NCBI GenBank assembly: GCA_963674945.2 | Contig: CAXXWQ010000004.1 | Span: 288,001 to 352,000, forward strand | Direction of reading: 5' to 3' | DNA: 64,000 nt | Source of the DNA: an uncultured Desulfosarcina sp. | GTDB taxonomy: Bacteria > Desulfobacterota > Desulfobacteria > Desulfobacterales > Desulfosarcinaceae | Shown: positions 1-9,420 of the stretch, piece after piece | Numbering within the stretch: position 1 is the stretch's first letter | Layout of the letters: each line of letters begins with the position of its first letter | Made by a program: the position numbers and the translations under genes | Notes under the pieces: generated by a model | Told to the model about the DNA's origin: nothing | The model's input: the letters and a program-made list of their open reading frames with translations, nothing else | Database searches by the model: none

Positions 1-665
1 ACTTCGGTTTCTCTGATCTTCGGCTGGTCAATCCCTGCATGGATTACCAATCCTTACCTGCGCAGAAAATGGCCCTCAAGGCGCAGTCGATATTACATGA
101 AGCCGTGGTTTACGATGACCTGCGAAAAGCCCTTGACGACTGCCATATCGCTTTTGGCACCACGAGGAGATTCGGGAAATACCGTCAATCGTTTCTATCT
201 CCGGAGCAGGCCGCAGCCCATGCCATATCGTGTCCATCCGTCTGCCGGGTAGCCCTTGTATTCGGTCGGGAAGACCGGGGACTGCATACCAGCGAACTGG
301 ATCTTTGCCAACTGTTCGTTACCATTGAAACCCATTCGGCCTATCGGTCCATGAATCTTTCCCAGGCGGTGACGCTCCTGCTTTATGAATTGCACAAGGC
401 ATCCAACGGAATCGATCCGTCCATTGCGGCTACCGCGTCACCAGCTTCCATAGGAGACATCGAGAACATGCTGCAACATATGCGCCGGACCCTGCTCGAG
501 ATAGCGTATCTGGATCCCCAGAATCCAGACCATATCCTTCGGTCGTTTCGACGCCTATTGGGACGGACGGGACTAGACGAAAGGGAAGTGCGCATTTTTC
601 AGGGGTTATGGAGCCGTATCGACTGGATCGAGGGAGAACGGAAAAGGCTTTCCGGAAAGGGATAA
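1..665 (+). CDS. trmJ: tRNA/rRNA 2'-O-methyltransferase, TrmH/TrmJ family (5' end lies before the window)
   Basis: The frame is open from position 3 (FGFSDLRLVNP). It contains the SPOUT motifs LVFGREDRGL and SMNLSQAV. Confidence 0.85.
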   Translation, partial: FGFSDLRLVNPCMDYQSLPAQKMALKAQSILHEAVVYDDLRKALDDCHIAFGTTRRFGKYRQSFLSPEQAAAHAISCPSVCRVALVFGREDRGLHTSELDLCQLFVTIETHSAYRSMNLSQAVTLLLYELHKASNGIDPSIAATASPASIGDIENMLQHMRRTLLEIAYLDPQNPDHILRSFRRLLGRTGLDEREVRIFQGLWSRIDWIEGERKRLSGKG

Positions 666-683
666 CGGTCGATATCATCTCAA

Positions 684-875
684 TCATGCCAGATTGAAGG
701 CGATGACCACCAGCCCGATGACGACACTGATGATGAAAAAAAAGGTCTCGTTATTTCGCATGGCATCCACCAACGTGCCACCGGTTCGTTTCACCTCGGA
801 ATAGGCGGACAGAAATGCCAATCCCATGATCAGCCAAAAAACCAATACGGTCAAAATCAGCGTTTGTGTATTCAT
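684..875 (-). CDS. Small hypothetical membrane protein with two hydrophobic helices
   Basis: ORF 684..890. ATG at 875 follows a GGAGG ribosome-binding site. Two long hydrophobic stretches. Confidence 0.6.
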   Translation of the reverse strand: MNTQTLILTVLVFWLIMGLAFLSAYSEVKRTGGTLVDAMRNNETFFFIISVVIGLVVIAFNLA

Positions 876-1240
876 GCCATGGGCCTCCAAACAACGATCG
901 ATACTGGATGATCACTTGTCTATCGTTAAAGAAGGGCATTTGTCAAAACGAAAATGGTGAGCCCCCGAACACATTGGGGATCGTTGGGGGCTCTTGGAGT
1001 GAGAGGAGGTAAGATTGGAAGCTGAGCGAATATTCATCTTCCGAAATTACAGATCCCTCCTACCCCAAAAGGTTACAATGTGGTACCCATAAAATCCGTT
1101 TTTTTCAAACGTCGGCATTGCCCGTCGTTACAAGGCCGCTTTACCACATCGCCGCCTTTTTGCAGCAGTGTGTTTGCTATAAGAGCCAAGGGATGCTCGA
1201 CCGGTAAAACGGCGATTCAACACAGCAAAGGAAGTGTGCC

Positions 1241-1561
1241 GTGCCAAAAATAACGCCATCCAACACGAATCTTTTCAGACGCGTCCTCATCGATCTTCGT
1301 TTGCTGGTCATGTTACTTCGTGATTACGCCAAGGGTCGATATCGTGACATATCCCCGCTTTCGGGCATCGTCTTCATTCTTGCCGTGGCATACATTTTAA
1401 TTCCCACCGACTTGATCGGCGATTTTGTGCCAGGACTGGGCCAACTTGACGACATGGCCATTTTTCTCGTCTGTCTCTATTATCTGGAAAAAGACCTGTA
1501 TCGGTATCGGCAGTGGAAAGAGGGAGACCCGTTATCGGACGACAAAAAAACAGACATCTGA
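1241..1561 (+). CDS. YkvA/DUF1232 family membrane protein
   Basis: The motif AYILIPTDLIGDFVPGLGQLDD is typical of DUF1232. Confidence 0.85.
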   Translation: MPKITPSNTNLFRRVLIDLRLLVMLLRDYAKGRYRDISPLSGIVFILAVAYILIPTDLIGDFVPGLGQLDDMAIFLVCLYYLEKDLYRYRQWKEGDPLSDDKKTDI

Positions 1562-1671
1562 CCGAGACCGATGTGACCGTTTTCACTCAGCGACTTTTGT
1601 AAACGGCAAAAGATATTGACGAATCGGTAATGGCGAAGTAGGCAAAAAGAAGAGGTGAGACGATTAAAAAA

Positions 1672-2325
1672 ATGAACCGGCTGGAGGGAATGGAAAGAGA
1701 TGAAAATTCGTTGATTCCATCGGATTTGTGGGCCTGGATCGGCCGGCACCACAGGAGCACTTCGATGTGGATGTGCTGCGGGCGGTGATTAAAACGTTGA
1801 ATGCGTTGAGAGGGAATATCGATCTGGTTATCAATACCGGCGATTCCCTGGACATCGGGACGATGCCCGAGCTTATTGCCTTTTTGGCCGAGATGAACAA
1901 CCTTGACATACCCTGGTTCCAAACCATTGGTAACCACGATCGGTTGGGGTTGGGAAACATACCCCCCGGACTCCTGGATGCCTTTTCGGACTTGAACTTC
2001 CTGGACAAAACGGATTTTATCGAAAAACACTTTCCCGGCATGGGGGATCCGGGCGTCGAATCCTTCGGCTCCCGCGCCAAGGGGTTTCTGGGAGATCCAG
2101 ACCGCCTCGCTCATCGACTTTCCCCAGCAGCCCCGCATCCTGGAAATCATCGACAACGAGGCCGGTACCGGTACTATCCAGTCATACGTTTTCAACCAGC
2201 GGGCCGGGGGCGATATAGGAAAAAACGCTCTGGCATCCCTTGCCTCCGAAAGAAAAGAAAAATTCGACGGATCGAGAATGCCCGAGGATCGCAACGTACG
2301 GCTTTTGTTCCAGATGCCTGGGTGA
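1672..2325 (+). pseudogene. Degraded calcineurin-like metallophosphoesterase (frameshifted and truncated)
   Basis: Motifs DLVINTGD and GNHD are in one frame. The upstream part (MNRLEGMERD...) and the downstream part lie in other frames, and the first DxH motif is missing. Confidence 0.65.
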
Positions 2326-2354
2326 TGATACCGATTGGTTACAAAACATTGGTG

Positions 2355-2594
2355 TTAGTGCCCTTTTATTTCCTCAAACGGCTTACCCTCATCCTTGCCG
2401 ACCCATTTCACAACACCGGTCACTGTATCAATTACAAAGAGATCAGAAAAACCGCCCCTGTTGATTACACTCAATCGATACCTGCCGATTTGGTCGGGTC
2501 CGTTACTGTGAGTCGTTCCGGTTAGAAATAGAGATGCAAGCACAATCCCGATAACGAGCAATCCAAGTGTACGGTTGTGTTTACGATTTTCCAT
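2355..2594 (-). CDS. Small hypothetical exported or membrane-anchored protein
   Basis: 79 aa ORF with a strong AAAGGAGG ribosome-binding site and an N-terminal hydrophobic segment. Confidence 0.7.
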   Translation of the reverse strand: MENRKHNRTLGLLVIGIVLASLFLTGTTHSNGPDQIGRYRLSVINRGGFSDLFVIDTVTGVVKWVGKDEGKPFEEIKGH

Positions 2595-3041
2595 GTTATA
2601 CCCCTCCTTTCATAAGATGATGCGGAACAATCGATCGACAAAATCATGGTACGCGCCTACGCTCCGGGGCACCCATTTTGGATTGTCTTTGCATCATTTT
2701 GGGCTGTCATAACGATATGACGGTTCGAGTGCCACTTATTTCAATTGCAGGCAGCAGCGGGTTTGGATATTTTCAGCAGCGCAAGCGGGCACCGTCTGAA
2801 TGGATTCGGCAGCCTCTCAACGAATCAATATTCAGTCAAATGAACCGGTTGAACCACGGTTCGGTGGGAAACCCCGATCTGGGCTGACGCCCTGCCGAAC
2901 AGACGAGTTTTGGTTTGATCCCTGTGTCGGATATGGGTATTGTTGTAAATGAATAGCAGGTCCCCCTGCTGAATTCCATTAGAATTTAAGCTTCGTACAT
3001 CAAGGGCCTCGAGAGTTTACTTCTCATCTCCTGACGATGGT

Positions 3042-4127
3042 CTATCGATTCGAAAATTGCGCATGGGCGGAGAGGATGATCTGTTCGGTCTCCTCCCAGC
3101 CGATACAGGCGTCGGTAATCGAAACAAAGGGATTGAGATCCTCTTTACGGGTTTCTCCATAGACAAAGGGCTGGGTTCCCTCCTCCACGTTGCTCTCCAG
3201 CATCATGCCGCGAATCGCCTTGTTGGGCTTGATCTCGATTCCGTTGGTGAGGCCGAATCTCTGAATGAGAAGGTGATTGAAGACCTCTTTTTGTTTTCTA
3301 TGATCTTTTCCCGAATTTTTGTGGGAACAATCCACGATCAAAGACTGATTCAGGGAAGGATGCCTGGCCAGAAGAGAACAGGCCTCGGCGATGCTGACCG
3401 GATCGTAGTTGGGCCTTTTTCCGCCTCGCAATACGATATGGCAATACTGATTCCCCTTGGAAAATACCCTGGATGTGACGCCGAAAGGATCGTTACCCAC
3501 GAAAACCTGGGGGCTCGAAGCGGCCAGCAACGCATTGATGGCCGTAGCCAGATTACCGTCGGTTCCGTTTTTAAACCCGACCGGCATGGAAAAGGCGCTG
3601 GCCCACTCCCTGTGATTTTGCGATTCGGTGGTCCTTGCACCGATACAGGCCCATGCGATCAGACCGGACAACCGCTCTGCAGCAGTCTGGCTCAAAATTT
3701 CCGTTCCCGCTGCCACACCCATCTCATTCAGCCCCGTCAGTATTCTTCTCGCTTTTCGCAGGCCCTCGTCGATATCGAACGTTTTCTTGTCGATATGAGG
3801 ATCGGAAATGAGCCCCTTAAAACCGACGTTTGTTCGAGGCTTCTCGAAATAGACCCGCATGACCAGCTTGATGGTATCCTTGACCTTTTCCTGTAAACCG
3901 GACAGCAACGCGCCGTATTTCATCGCCTGTCGCTCACTGATAATGGAGCATGGTCCGGTAATGATCAATAGTCTCTCATCCTTGCCATCGAGGATATCCT
4001 TGATCTCCTGCCTGCTGTCCAACACGGTCCGGGTCGCCTTTTCGGTCATGGGAAATTCTTCCCGAAGCTGATCCGGAGTTATGATGGTGGTTCTTTTCAA
4101 CACATTTAAATCGTACGTTTTTTTCAT
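3042..4127 (-). CDS. 3-deoxy-7-phosphoheptulonate (DAHP) synthase, class I
   Basis: Motifs GPCS, MRVYFEKPRT, IGARTTESQ, PVGFKNGTDG, VDCSH and SITDACIGW. The AroF/G/H paralog cannot be resolved. Confidence 0.95.
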   Translation of the reverse strand: MKKTYDLNVLKRTTIITPDQLREEFPMTEKATRTVLDSRQEIKDILDGKDERLLIITGPCSIISERQAMKYGALLSGLQEKVKDTIKLVMRVYFEKPRTNVGFKGLISDPHIDKKTFDIDEGLRKARRILTGLNEMGVAAGTEILSQTAAERLSGLIAWACIGARTTESQNHREWASAFSMPVGFKNGTDGNLATAINALLAASSPQVFVGNDPFGVTSRVFSKGNQYCHIVLRGGKRPNYDPVSIAEACSLLARHPSLNQSLIVDCSHKNSGKDHRKQKEVFNHLLIQRFGLTNGIEIKPNKAIRGMMLESNVEEGTQPFVYGETRKEDLNPFVSITDACIGWEETEQIILSAHAQFSNR

Positions 4128-4322
4128 TCTACACACCTTAGAAGAGCTGTTTTATCATTATCCAACGAAAAACGATGGGCGTTTTTCCGCACACGGCCTT
4201 CGGGCATATTTTTATACTCTCTATCCGGCCATATACGCAAGCCTTGATCTGGCCGAAGCGGAACGTTTCATTTTTCATGGGTCGGTTTACATGGTGATGT
4301 TTTTCGAACATCCTGACCGGTT

Positions 4323-5171
4323 TTACTCCTCGATTTGAACATTGTCCAATAACCGGGTGTTTCCGAATTTGACGGCGAGGGCGATAAGAATGCCCCCCGT
4401 TATGAAATCAACCTCCTGCAGCGTCCGGACATCGACGATCGCCACGTAGTCGATAACCGTACCGGGCACGGAAAGGATCTGCTCTTCGATCCTCTGCCTG
4501 ATCGTCGCTGCGTCGTGTTCGCCATCTTCTATGAGCGCTTTGGCTTTGCATAGGGATTGATACAAGATTGGCGCATTGGCCCGCTGCGTGGCAGTCAGGT
4601 AGGTGTTTCGAGAACTCATGGCCAATCCGTCGGCTTCGCGGTGGATGGGGCAAACGACGACGGTAATATCGAAATTGAGATCTCGAACCATCTGTTGAAT
4701 GATAACCGCCTGTTGGGCGTCCTTTTGCCCGAAGTAGGCGCGGTGGGGCTGAACCAGGTTGAAGAGCTTGGATACGATGGTGGTAACACCGCGGAAATGT
4801 GTTGGACGTGACCTGCCGCAAAGCACCTGGGTCATGGGACCCTCCACCTGGACATAAGTGGTGAAGCCTTCCGGATAGATCGTGTCGACCGTTGGCAGAT
4901 AGGCGATATCCACGGATTCCGCTGCCATCATCTTGCGGTCTCTTTCAATGTCCCTGGGGTAGGCATCGAGGTCTTCGTTGGGACCGAATTGGGTGGGATT
5001 GACGAAAATGCTCACCACGACGATATCGTTTTCTTGGCGCGCTCGCCGCATGAGGGAAAGGTGGCCTTCGTGGAGATACCCCATGGTGGGAACAAAGCCG
5101 ATACGCTTTCCCTTTTCTCGCGCATTCGTGATGGTTTTGTGCAGTTCACGATTGGATTGAATGGTCTGCAT
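4323..5171 (-). CDS. panC: Pantoate--beta-alanine ligase
   Basis: Motifs FVPTMGYLHEGH, SIFVNPTQF, YFGQKDAQQ, GLAMSSRN and RLLDN. Confidence 0.97.
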   Translation of the reverse strand: MQTIQSNRELHKTITNAREKGKRIGFVPTMGYLHEGHLSLMRRARQENDIVVVSIFVNPTQFGPNEDLDAYPRDIERDRKMMAAESVDIAYLPTVDTIYPEGFTTYVQVEGPMTQVLCGRSRPTHFRGVTTIVSKLFNLVQPHRAYFGQKDAQQAVIIQQMVRDLNFDITVVVCPIHREADGLAMSSRNTYLTATQRANAPILYQSLCKAKALIEDGEHDAATIRQRIEEQILSVPGTVIDYVAIVDVRTLQEVDFITGGILIALAVKFGNTRLLDNVQIEE

Positions 5172-5343
5172 AATTCTGTCCCTTTTTGTAAAAACATTGC
5201 AATCGGAAAAATTTACTCAATCTTTTGATGAAATGTCAATGCCAGTTGATAAGACCCGAAAATCCAACCGCTATTACATTTTTTGCAGACTTTTTCATCA
5301 AAATGATGTATTGGAATCCGGTCTTTTCTTTTGCACTGCCAAC

Positions 5344-5420
5344 AGGCCAGTAGCTCGAATTGGTAGAGCACCGGACTCCAAATCCGGGTGTTGGGGGTTC
5401 GAGTCCCTCCTGGCCTGCCA
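5344..5420 (+). tRNA. tRNA-Trp (anticodon CCA)
   Basis: Acceptor stem AGGCCAG/CTGGCCT, anticodon arm CCGGA-CTCCAAA-TCCGG, T-loop GGTTCGAGTCC and an encoded 3' CCA. Confidence 0.97.
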
Positions 5421-5431
5421 GAGTGATCAAT

Positions 5432-5466
5432 GAAGGGATCCGGCCTTTTGGAGGATCCCTTCTTTT
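5432..5466 (+). terminator. Rho-independent terminator after the tRNA, possibly also serving the convergent cobalamin operon
   Basis: GAAGGGATCC...GGATCCCTTC stem followed by TTTT. Confidence 0.75.
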
Positions 5467-5473
5467 CGTTATT

Positions 5474-6532
5474 TCAGAACAAATATTGGTAGAGAACGCC
5501 GACCACGACCAGACTGCATATCCGCAAGGTTTGGCCGAGAAGCAGCATCTGAATACCCGTAACGGGTGAGAAGATCCCCATATACCGCGGCAACTGGTGC
5601 CGAAGGGCCCGGATGGGAAAGGCGACGATATTTCCCGCCAAGAGTGCGACCACGGTCTGCTTTACATTCAGTACACCTGCATCCATCAAGGCACCTGCCG
5701 CGGCAAAGCCGGAAGTAAATTCCGCGGCGAAACTCAAAATGATCACGGACAATGATTCCACCGGAAGCACGTTGGTGACCACGAACCGTGCCATCCATTG
5801 ACGAATCGCATCGAACTCGCCTGCGGCATTGACCAGGAAAACCAGTGTGTAGATGGGGACCACATAGACGACGATTCGCGCGAGTCGGTCGGGCAGCCGT
5901 CTAAAAATCGCCGATGCAATACCCATGGGCGTCTTTTGCTCATGATGGCGTGTCGTTGGATCCTCATCCGGTTCATACTCCACCTGTCGGTGTGGACAAT
6001 GAAAATGACCATAGAGTGCGACACACAGCATCCGCAATAAGAGGGCCAGAAAAGTCACGACAAAGTAGATCGCACCGGCCCATCCGGTAAGGGGGATAAC
6101 GATAAAAAGAGTGGTGGGAAGGTGAAGAAAATAGGCGGGCACCTGGTTCATGAGATTGCCCAGAAACATCTGCCGCCGGGAAATCTTGTCCTCCTCGAAA
6201 AATCCCAGCAACATGGCGTTGGCCGCCACACCGGAAAAAAAAGCCGTGGTGAAGGCAGCCGCGCATCGGCTTCCCAGATGGCTGAAACGAAACAGTGGTG
6301 CGGCCAAAACAGCCAGGCGGCGGGTCCAGCCTGTGTTCTCAATGGTCTGCCCCACCACCAGCCCCACGGTGATGAAAAAAACCAGTCGAACCAGAGGCCA
6401 GCCCAGCCCCCGAAGCAATCCATGGGTGGCCAGGGACTCAATATACGAGCCTCCCGCAGTCGCCAGCAAAACAGAAACGATCAATGAGACCGCGAGGGAT
6501 TTGTACGGAAACCGCTTATTGGCGTGGGGCAT
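5474..6532 (-). CDS. Nucleoside-recognition (Gate) domain membrane protein, last gene of the cobalamin operon
   Basis: Multi-pass hydrophobic protein with two Gate-like halves (AFFSGVAANAML, FPIRALRHQLPRY). Overlaps cbiL. Confidence 0.7.
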   Translation of the reverse strand: MPHANKRFPYKSLAVSLIVSVLLATAGGSYIESLATHGLLRGLGWPLVRLVFFITVGLVVGQTIENTGWTRRLAVLAAPLFRFSHLGSRCAAAFTTAFFSGVAANAMLLGFFEEDKISRRQMFLGNLMNQVPAYFLHLPTTLFIVIPLTGWAGAIYFVVTFLALLLRMLCVALYGHFHCPHRQVEYEPDEDPTTRHHEQKTPMGIASAIFRRLPDRLARIVVYVVPIYTLVFLVNAAGEFDAIRQWMARFVVTNVLPVESLSVIILSFAAEFTSGFAAAGALMDAGVLNVKQTVVALLAGNIVAFPIRALRHQLPRYMGIFSPVTGIQMLLLGQTLRICSLVVVGVLYQYLF

Positions 6533-7253
6533 GCGTTGTACTCTTCTTTGCCAGTATCAGCGTCCAATATCCCGGTTTTCGCTGTTTCAGCGTTCGGACA
6601 TCCTCGACCACCTCTTCGTCGGCAAGGCCACAATTGATAATGGCCACACTTTGGTCGATCATTTTCGCCTCTTCCAGGGCGTCGGATATGTCGCCGGCGT
6701 TTCGATAGGCCTTCATGAATACGACGTTATCCACGCTACCGGACAATTGTCGAAGCTGTTGTCCGCCCTCCACGCCGGACAATACCAGAAGTGACTCCTC
6801 TCCTTCCACCAGCGGATGGTTGATCCGGGCGGCGGCGGCCTGATACGCAGTGATGCCGGGGGTCGTGATAACCGGGGCTTGGGGCGCCATAGCCATCACA
6901 TATTTCACGATATATCCATAGGTCGCATAGGTCAATGAATCACCCAGGGTGAGAAAGGCAGCGTCATTTCCCTTTTCCAGTTCGGTGATAATGGTGCGGG
7001 CATGGGCCTGCCAGCAGGCCTCTTTTTCTGCCCTGTCTTTTGTCATGGGAAAGGACAGCAAAACAACCCTGCTCGATTCGGGAATGTGCGGACTGGCGAT
7101 GGAAACGGCCTGACTGTGCTTATTCCTCGTGGAGGATGCGGCGAAGATCACCGACACCTTCTGGAGAATCTTGACGGACTTGAGTGGAATGAGGTCTGGA
7201 TCACCGGGGCCGACGCCGATACCGTATAGAGTTCCGTAATGGATCGTGTTCAT
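6516..7253 (-). CDS. cbiL: Precorrin-2/cobalt-factor II C20-methyltransferase
   Basis: Motifs GIGVGPGDPDLI, FPMTKD, AFLTLGD and PGITA, within a cobalamin operon. Confidence 0.9.
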   Translation of the reverse strand: MNTIHYGTLYGIGVGPGDPDLIPLKSVKILQKVSVIFAASSTRNKHSQAVSIASPHIPESSRVVLLSFPMTKDRAEKEACWQAHARTIITELEKGNDAAFLTLGDSLTYATYGYIVKYVMAMAPQAPVITTPGITAYQAAAARINHPLVEGEESLLVLSGVEGGQQLRQLSGSVDNVVFMKAYRNAGDISDALEEAKMIDQSVAIINCGLADEEVVEDVRTLKQRKPGYWTLILAKKSTTHAPRQ

Positions 7254-7296
7254 TGTTTTTCCTATGTGTTTATTTTATGGAGTGTAGATAAACTTG

Positions 7297-7914
7297 CTAA
7301 CTCTCTTCTTTTGCCATCAGTATCAGGGCGTTGACCACAGCGGCGGCCACATTTGACCCGCCTTTTCTGCCCACGTTGGTGATGTATGGCACAGAACGAT
7401 CCAGCAGCAGTTCCTTGGACTCGGCGGCGTTGACGAACCCAACGGGCAATCCGACGACGAGGGCCGGTCGGACGTTTTCCCGGTCCATATGCTCCACCAG
7501 CCGCAAGAGGGCCGTGGGTGCATTTCCCACCACGCAGATGCCGCCATCGATTTCGGAAAGGGCAAGGTCCACAGCCGCCTTGGCCCGCGTGATGCCCTGC
7601 CGATTGGCCGTTTCCGCCACCTTCGCATCGCCCATGTAACAATGTACCGCCCCCCCGAATTGGCCAAGGTCCCGCTTGCGAACACCCTCACGGGCCATGT
7701 TTGTATCGGTCACGATGGTACACCCGTGACGAATGGCCGAAACGCCGCAGGCGATCGCCTCGGGGTGAATTCGAATCGTCTCCTGCCACTCGAAGTCTGC
7801 GCTGGTGTGAATCATCCTGCGGACGACCAGCCATTGTTCCGGTGAGAATCCATGCTCCCCGGCCTCCTGGTCGATGATCTCAAAACTCAATCGTTCGATT
7901 TCGCTGGGTTTCAT
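7297..7914 (-). CDS. cbiC: Precorrin-8X/cobalt-precorrin-8 methylmutase
   Basis: Motifs RMIHTSADF, GNAPTAL, PVGFVNAAESK and GRKGGSNVAAA. Confidence 0.95.
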   Translation of the reverse strand: MKPSEIERLSFEIIDQEAGEHGFSPEQWLVVRRMIHTSADFEWQETIRIHPEAIACGVSAIRHGCTIVTDTNMAREGVRKRDLGQFGGAVHCYMGDAKVAETANRQGITRAKAAVDLALSEIDGGICVVGNAPTALLRLVEHMDRENVRPALVVGLPVGFVNAAESKELLLDRSVPYITNVGRKGGSNVAAAVVNALILMAKEES

Positions 7915-7948
7915 ACGTCGATCCTCTCTTTTTCATATTTCATTATTT

Positions 7949-8019
7949 ATTGAGGCGCAGAAAACCTGGTCCGCTGGACCAAGTCAGAGTTCATTGGCTC
8001 TGCCGTATGATCGCTACAA
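7949..8019. repeat. Dispersed ~70 bp intergenic repeat, family A, copy 1
   Basis: Its reverse complement matches 34032..34101, with shared core ATCATACGGCAGAGCCAATGAA. Confidence 0.85.
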
Positions 8020-8024
8020 TAATT

Positions 8025-9401
8025 TTACCATTCGCGCTTCCATTTTCGGCAAGCGGACACGAAATGTTGGGCTGCCTCGGGGCAACTGCCAAAGTGCAGA
8101 TGGACGTAGCTTCCCAAGGTCTGACCGGCTACGAAGCCTTCGGCACTCTTTTCATCGCCGACACGATCGGTCACCGCGTAGACACCGTCATTCCCGATGG
8201 TATCATCGATAATCGTCGAATAGTGAAACTCATGCCCCCGCATTGTCTGTCCAGCCGGTCCCAGAACGGTATCTTTCCGCTGAACAATCCGGCGGTAACC
8301 CAATGCCTTGAGACGGTCCAACATCCGGGTGCCAAAGGGCAGACAACCGGTCATGGGAAATTTGCCGCCTTTTGTGTCTCCCATGGTCCGGCAAAGGTAC
8401 ATGAAACCGCCGCATTCGCCGTAAATGGGCATCTGGCGCTGGCTCAAGGAGAGAATCTGTTGGCGCAAGGATTGGTTGTCAGCCAGCTGCCTTGCGTGCA
8501 GCTCCGGGTACCCGCCACCAAAATAGAGGCCGTGGATGCCTTCCGGCAGACGGCCGGCGGCAAGGGGTGAAAAATAGACCAGCCGGGCGCCGGCATCTTC
8601 CATAAGTTCCAGGTTTTCGGGGTAATAAAAACAAAAGGCGGCATCTTTTGCCACGCCGATGCGCACATCCACAGATGGTTTCGGATCCCGTGCCACGGGT
8701 AACCACTCCTGACAATCCACATCCGGCAACCTTTCGACGAGGCGATCCAGGTCCAACCGATCATCCATCAAGCGGGCCAGACGGTCACGATTGGCCTGTG
8801 TCATGTCGTGGTCCTCCCGGGTCACCAATCCCAGATGCCGTTCGGGAATGGATATGGCCTCGTCTCGCATCAACCCGCCCAGCACCGGCATGCGCACATG
8901 ACCCTCCATGGCTTCTTTCAAATATGCGAAATGCCGTTCACCGCCCAGGTGGTTGAACAGCACCCCCGCAAAATCCAGGTCGGGATCGAAGATTTCGAAG
9001 CCTTTGATGAGGGCAGCGGCACTTCGCGCCATGGAACGGGCACCCACCACCAGCACAACCGGAAGTTGCAACCATTTGGCCATCTGTGCGGTGGAACCCG
9101 CTTCACTTTTTCCATCGTATCCGTCGAACAGGCCCATTACCCCCTCGACGACGGCGATGTCGACATCTGCAACGTTTCGGAAAAACGTGGCAATATTATA
9201 GGCCCGGCTGAGCATCCAACCGTCCAGGTTACGGCTGATCCGGCCCGTTATCCGGCTGTGGTGGCCGGGGTCGATAAAATCCGGGCCCACCTTGAAGGGT
9301 GCGACCCTGTACCCCTTGGTGGTGAGCGCGGCCATCAATCCCAACGTAACGGTTGTTTTTCCGGCCCCGCTGTGGGTACCGGCGATGACGATGCCTTTAA
9401 T
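8025..9401 (-). CDS. cbiA: Cobyrinate a,c-diamide synthase with a probable non-canonical ATT start
   Basis: Motifs [36 protein letters not shown] and GHEFHYS. The P-loop ([12 protein letters not shown]) lies upstream of the track ORF start, in frame from ATT at 9401. Confidence 0.93.
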   Translation of the reverse strand: MKGIVIAGTHSGAGKTTVTLGLMAALTTKGYRVAPFKVGPDFIDPGHHSRITGRISRNLDGWMLSRAYNIATFFRNVADVDIAVVEGVMGLFDGYDGKSEAGSTAQMAKWLQLPVVLVVGARSMARSAAALIKGFEIFDPDLDFAGVLFNHLGGERHFAYLKEAMEGHVRMPVLGGLMRDEAISIPERHLGLVTREDHDMTQANRDRLARLMDDRLDLDRLVERLPDVDCQEWLPVARDPKPSVDVRIGVAKDAAFCFYYPENLELMEDAGARLVYFSPLAAGRLPEGIHGLYFGGGYPELHARQLADNQSLRQQILSLSQRQMPIYGECGGFMYLCRTMGDTKGGKFPMTGCLPFGTRMLDRLKALGYRRIVQRKDTVLGPAGQTMRGHEFHYSTIIDDTIGNDGVYAVTDRVGDEKSAEGFVAGQTLGSYVHLHFGSCPEAAQHFVSACRKWKREW

Positions 9402-9420
9402 GGAAGCCTCCCGTCATGAT

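Noticed and set aside
1701..1703. In-frame TGA upstream of the phosphoesterase ORF as a possible selenocysteine codon (selA is nearby)
   Set aside because: The upstream frame is not protein-like, no Cys-equivalent position is apparent, and a frameshifted pseudogene explains it better.
2600..3040. Possible ncRNA or small gene in the 440 bp intergenic region
   Set aside because: Only short hairpins are present, and I recognised no RNA family motif or convincing ORF.
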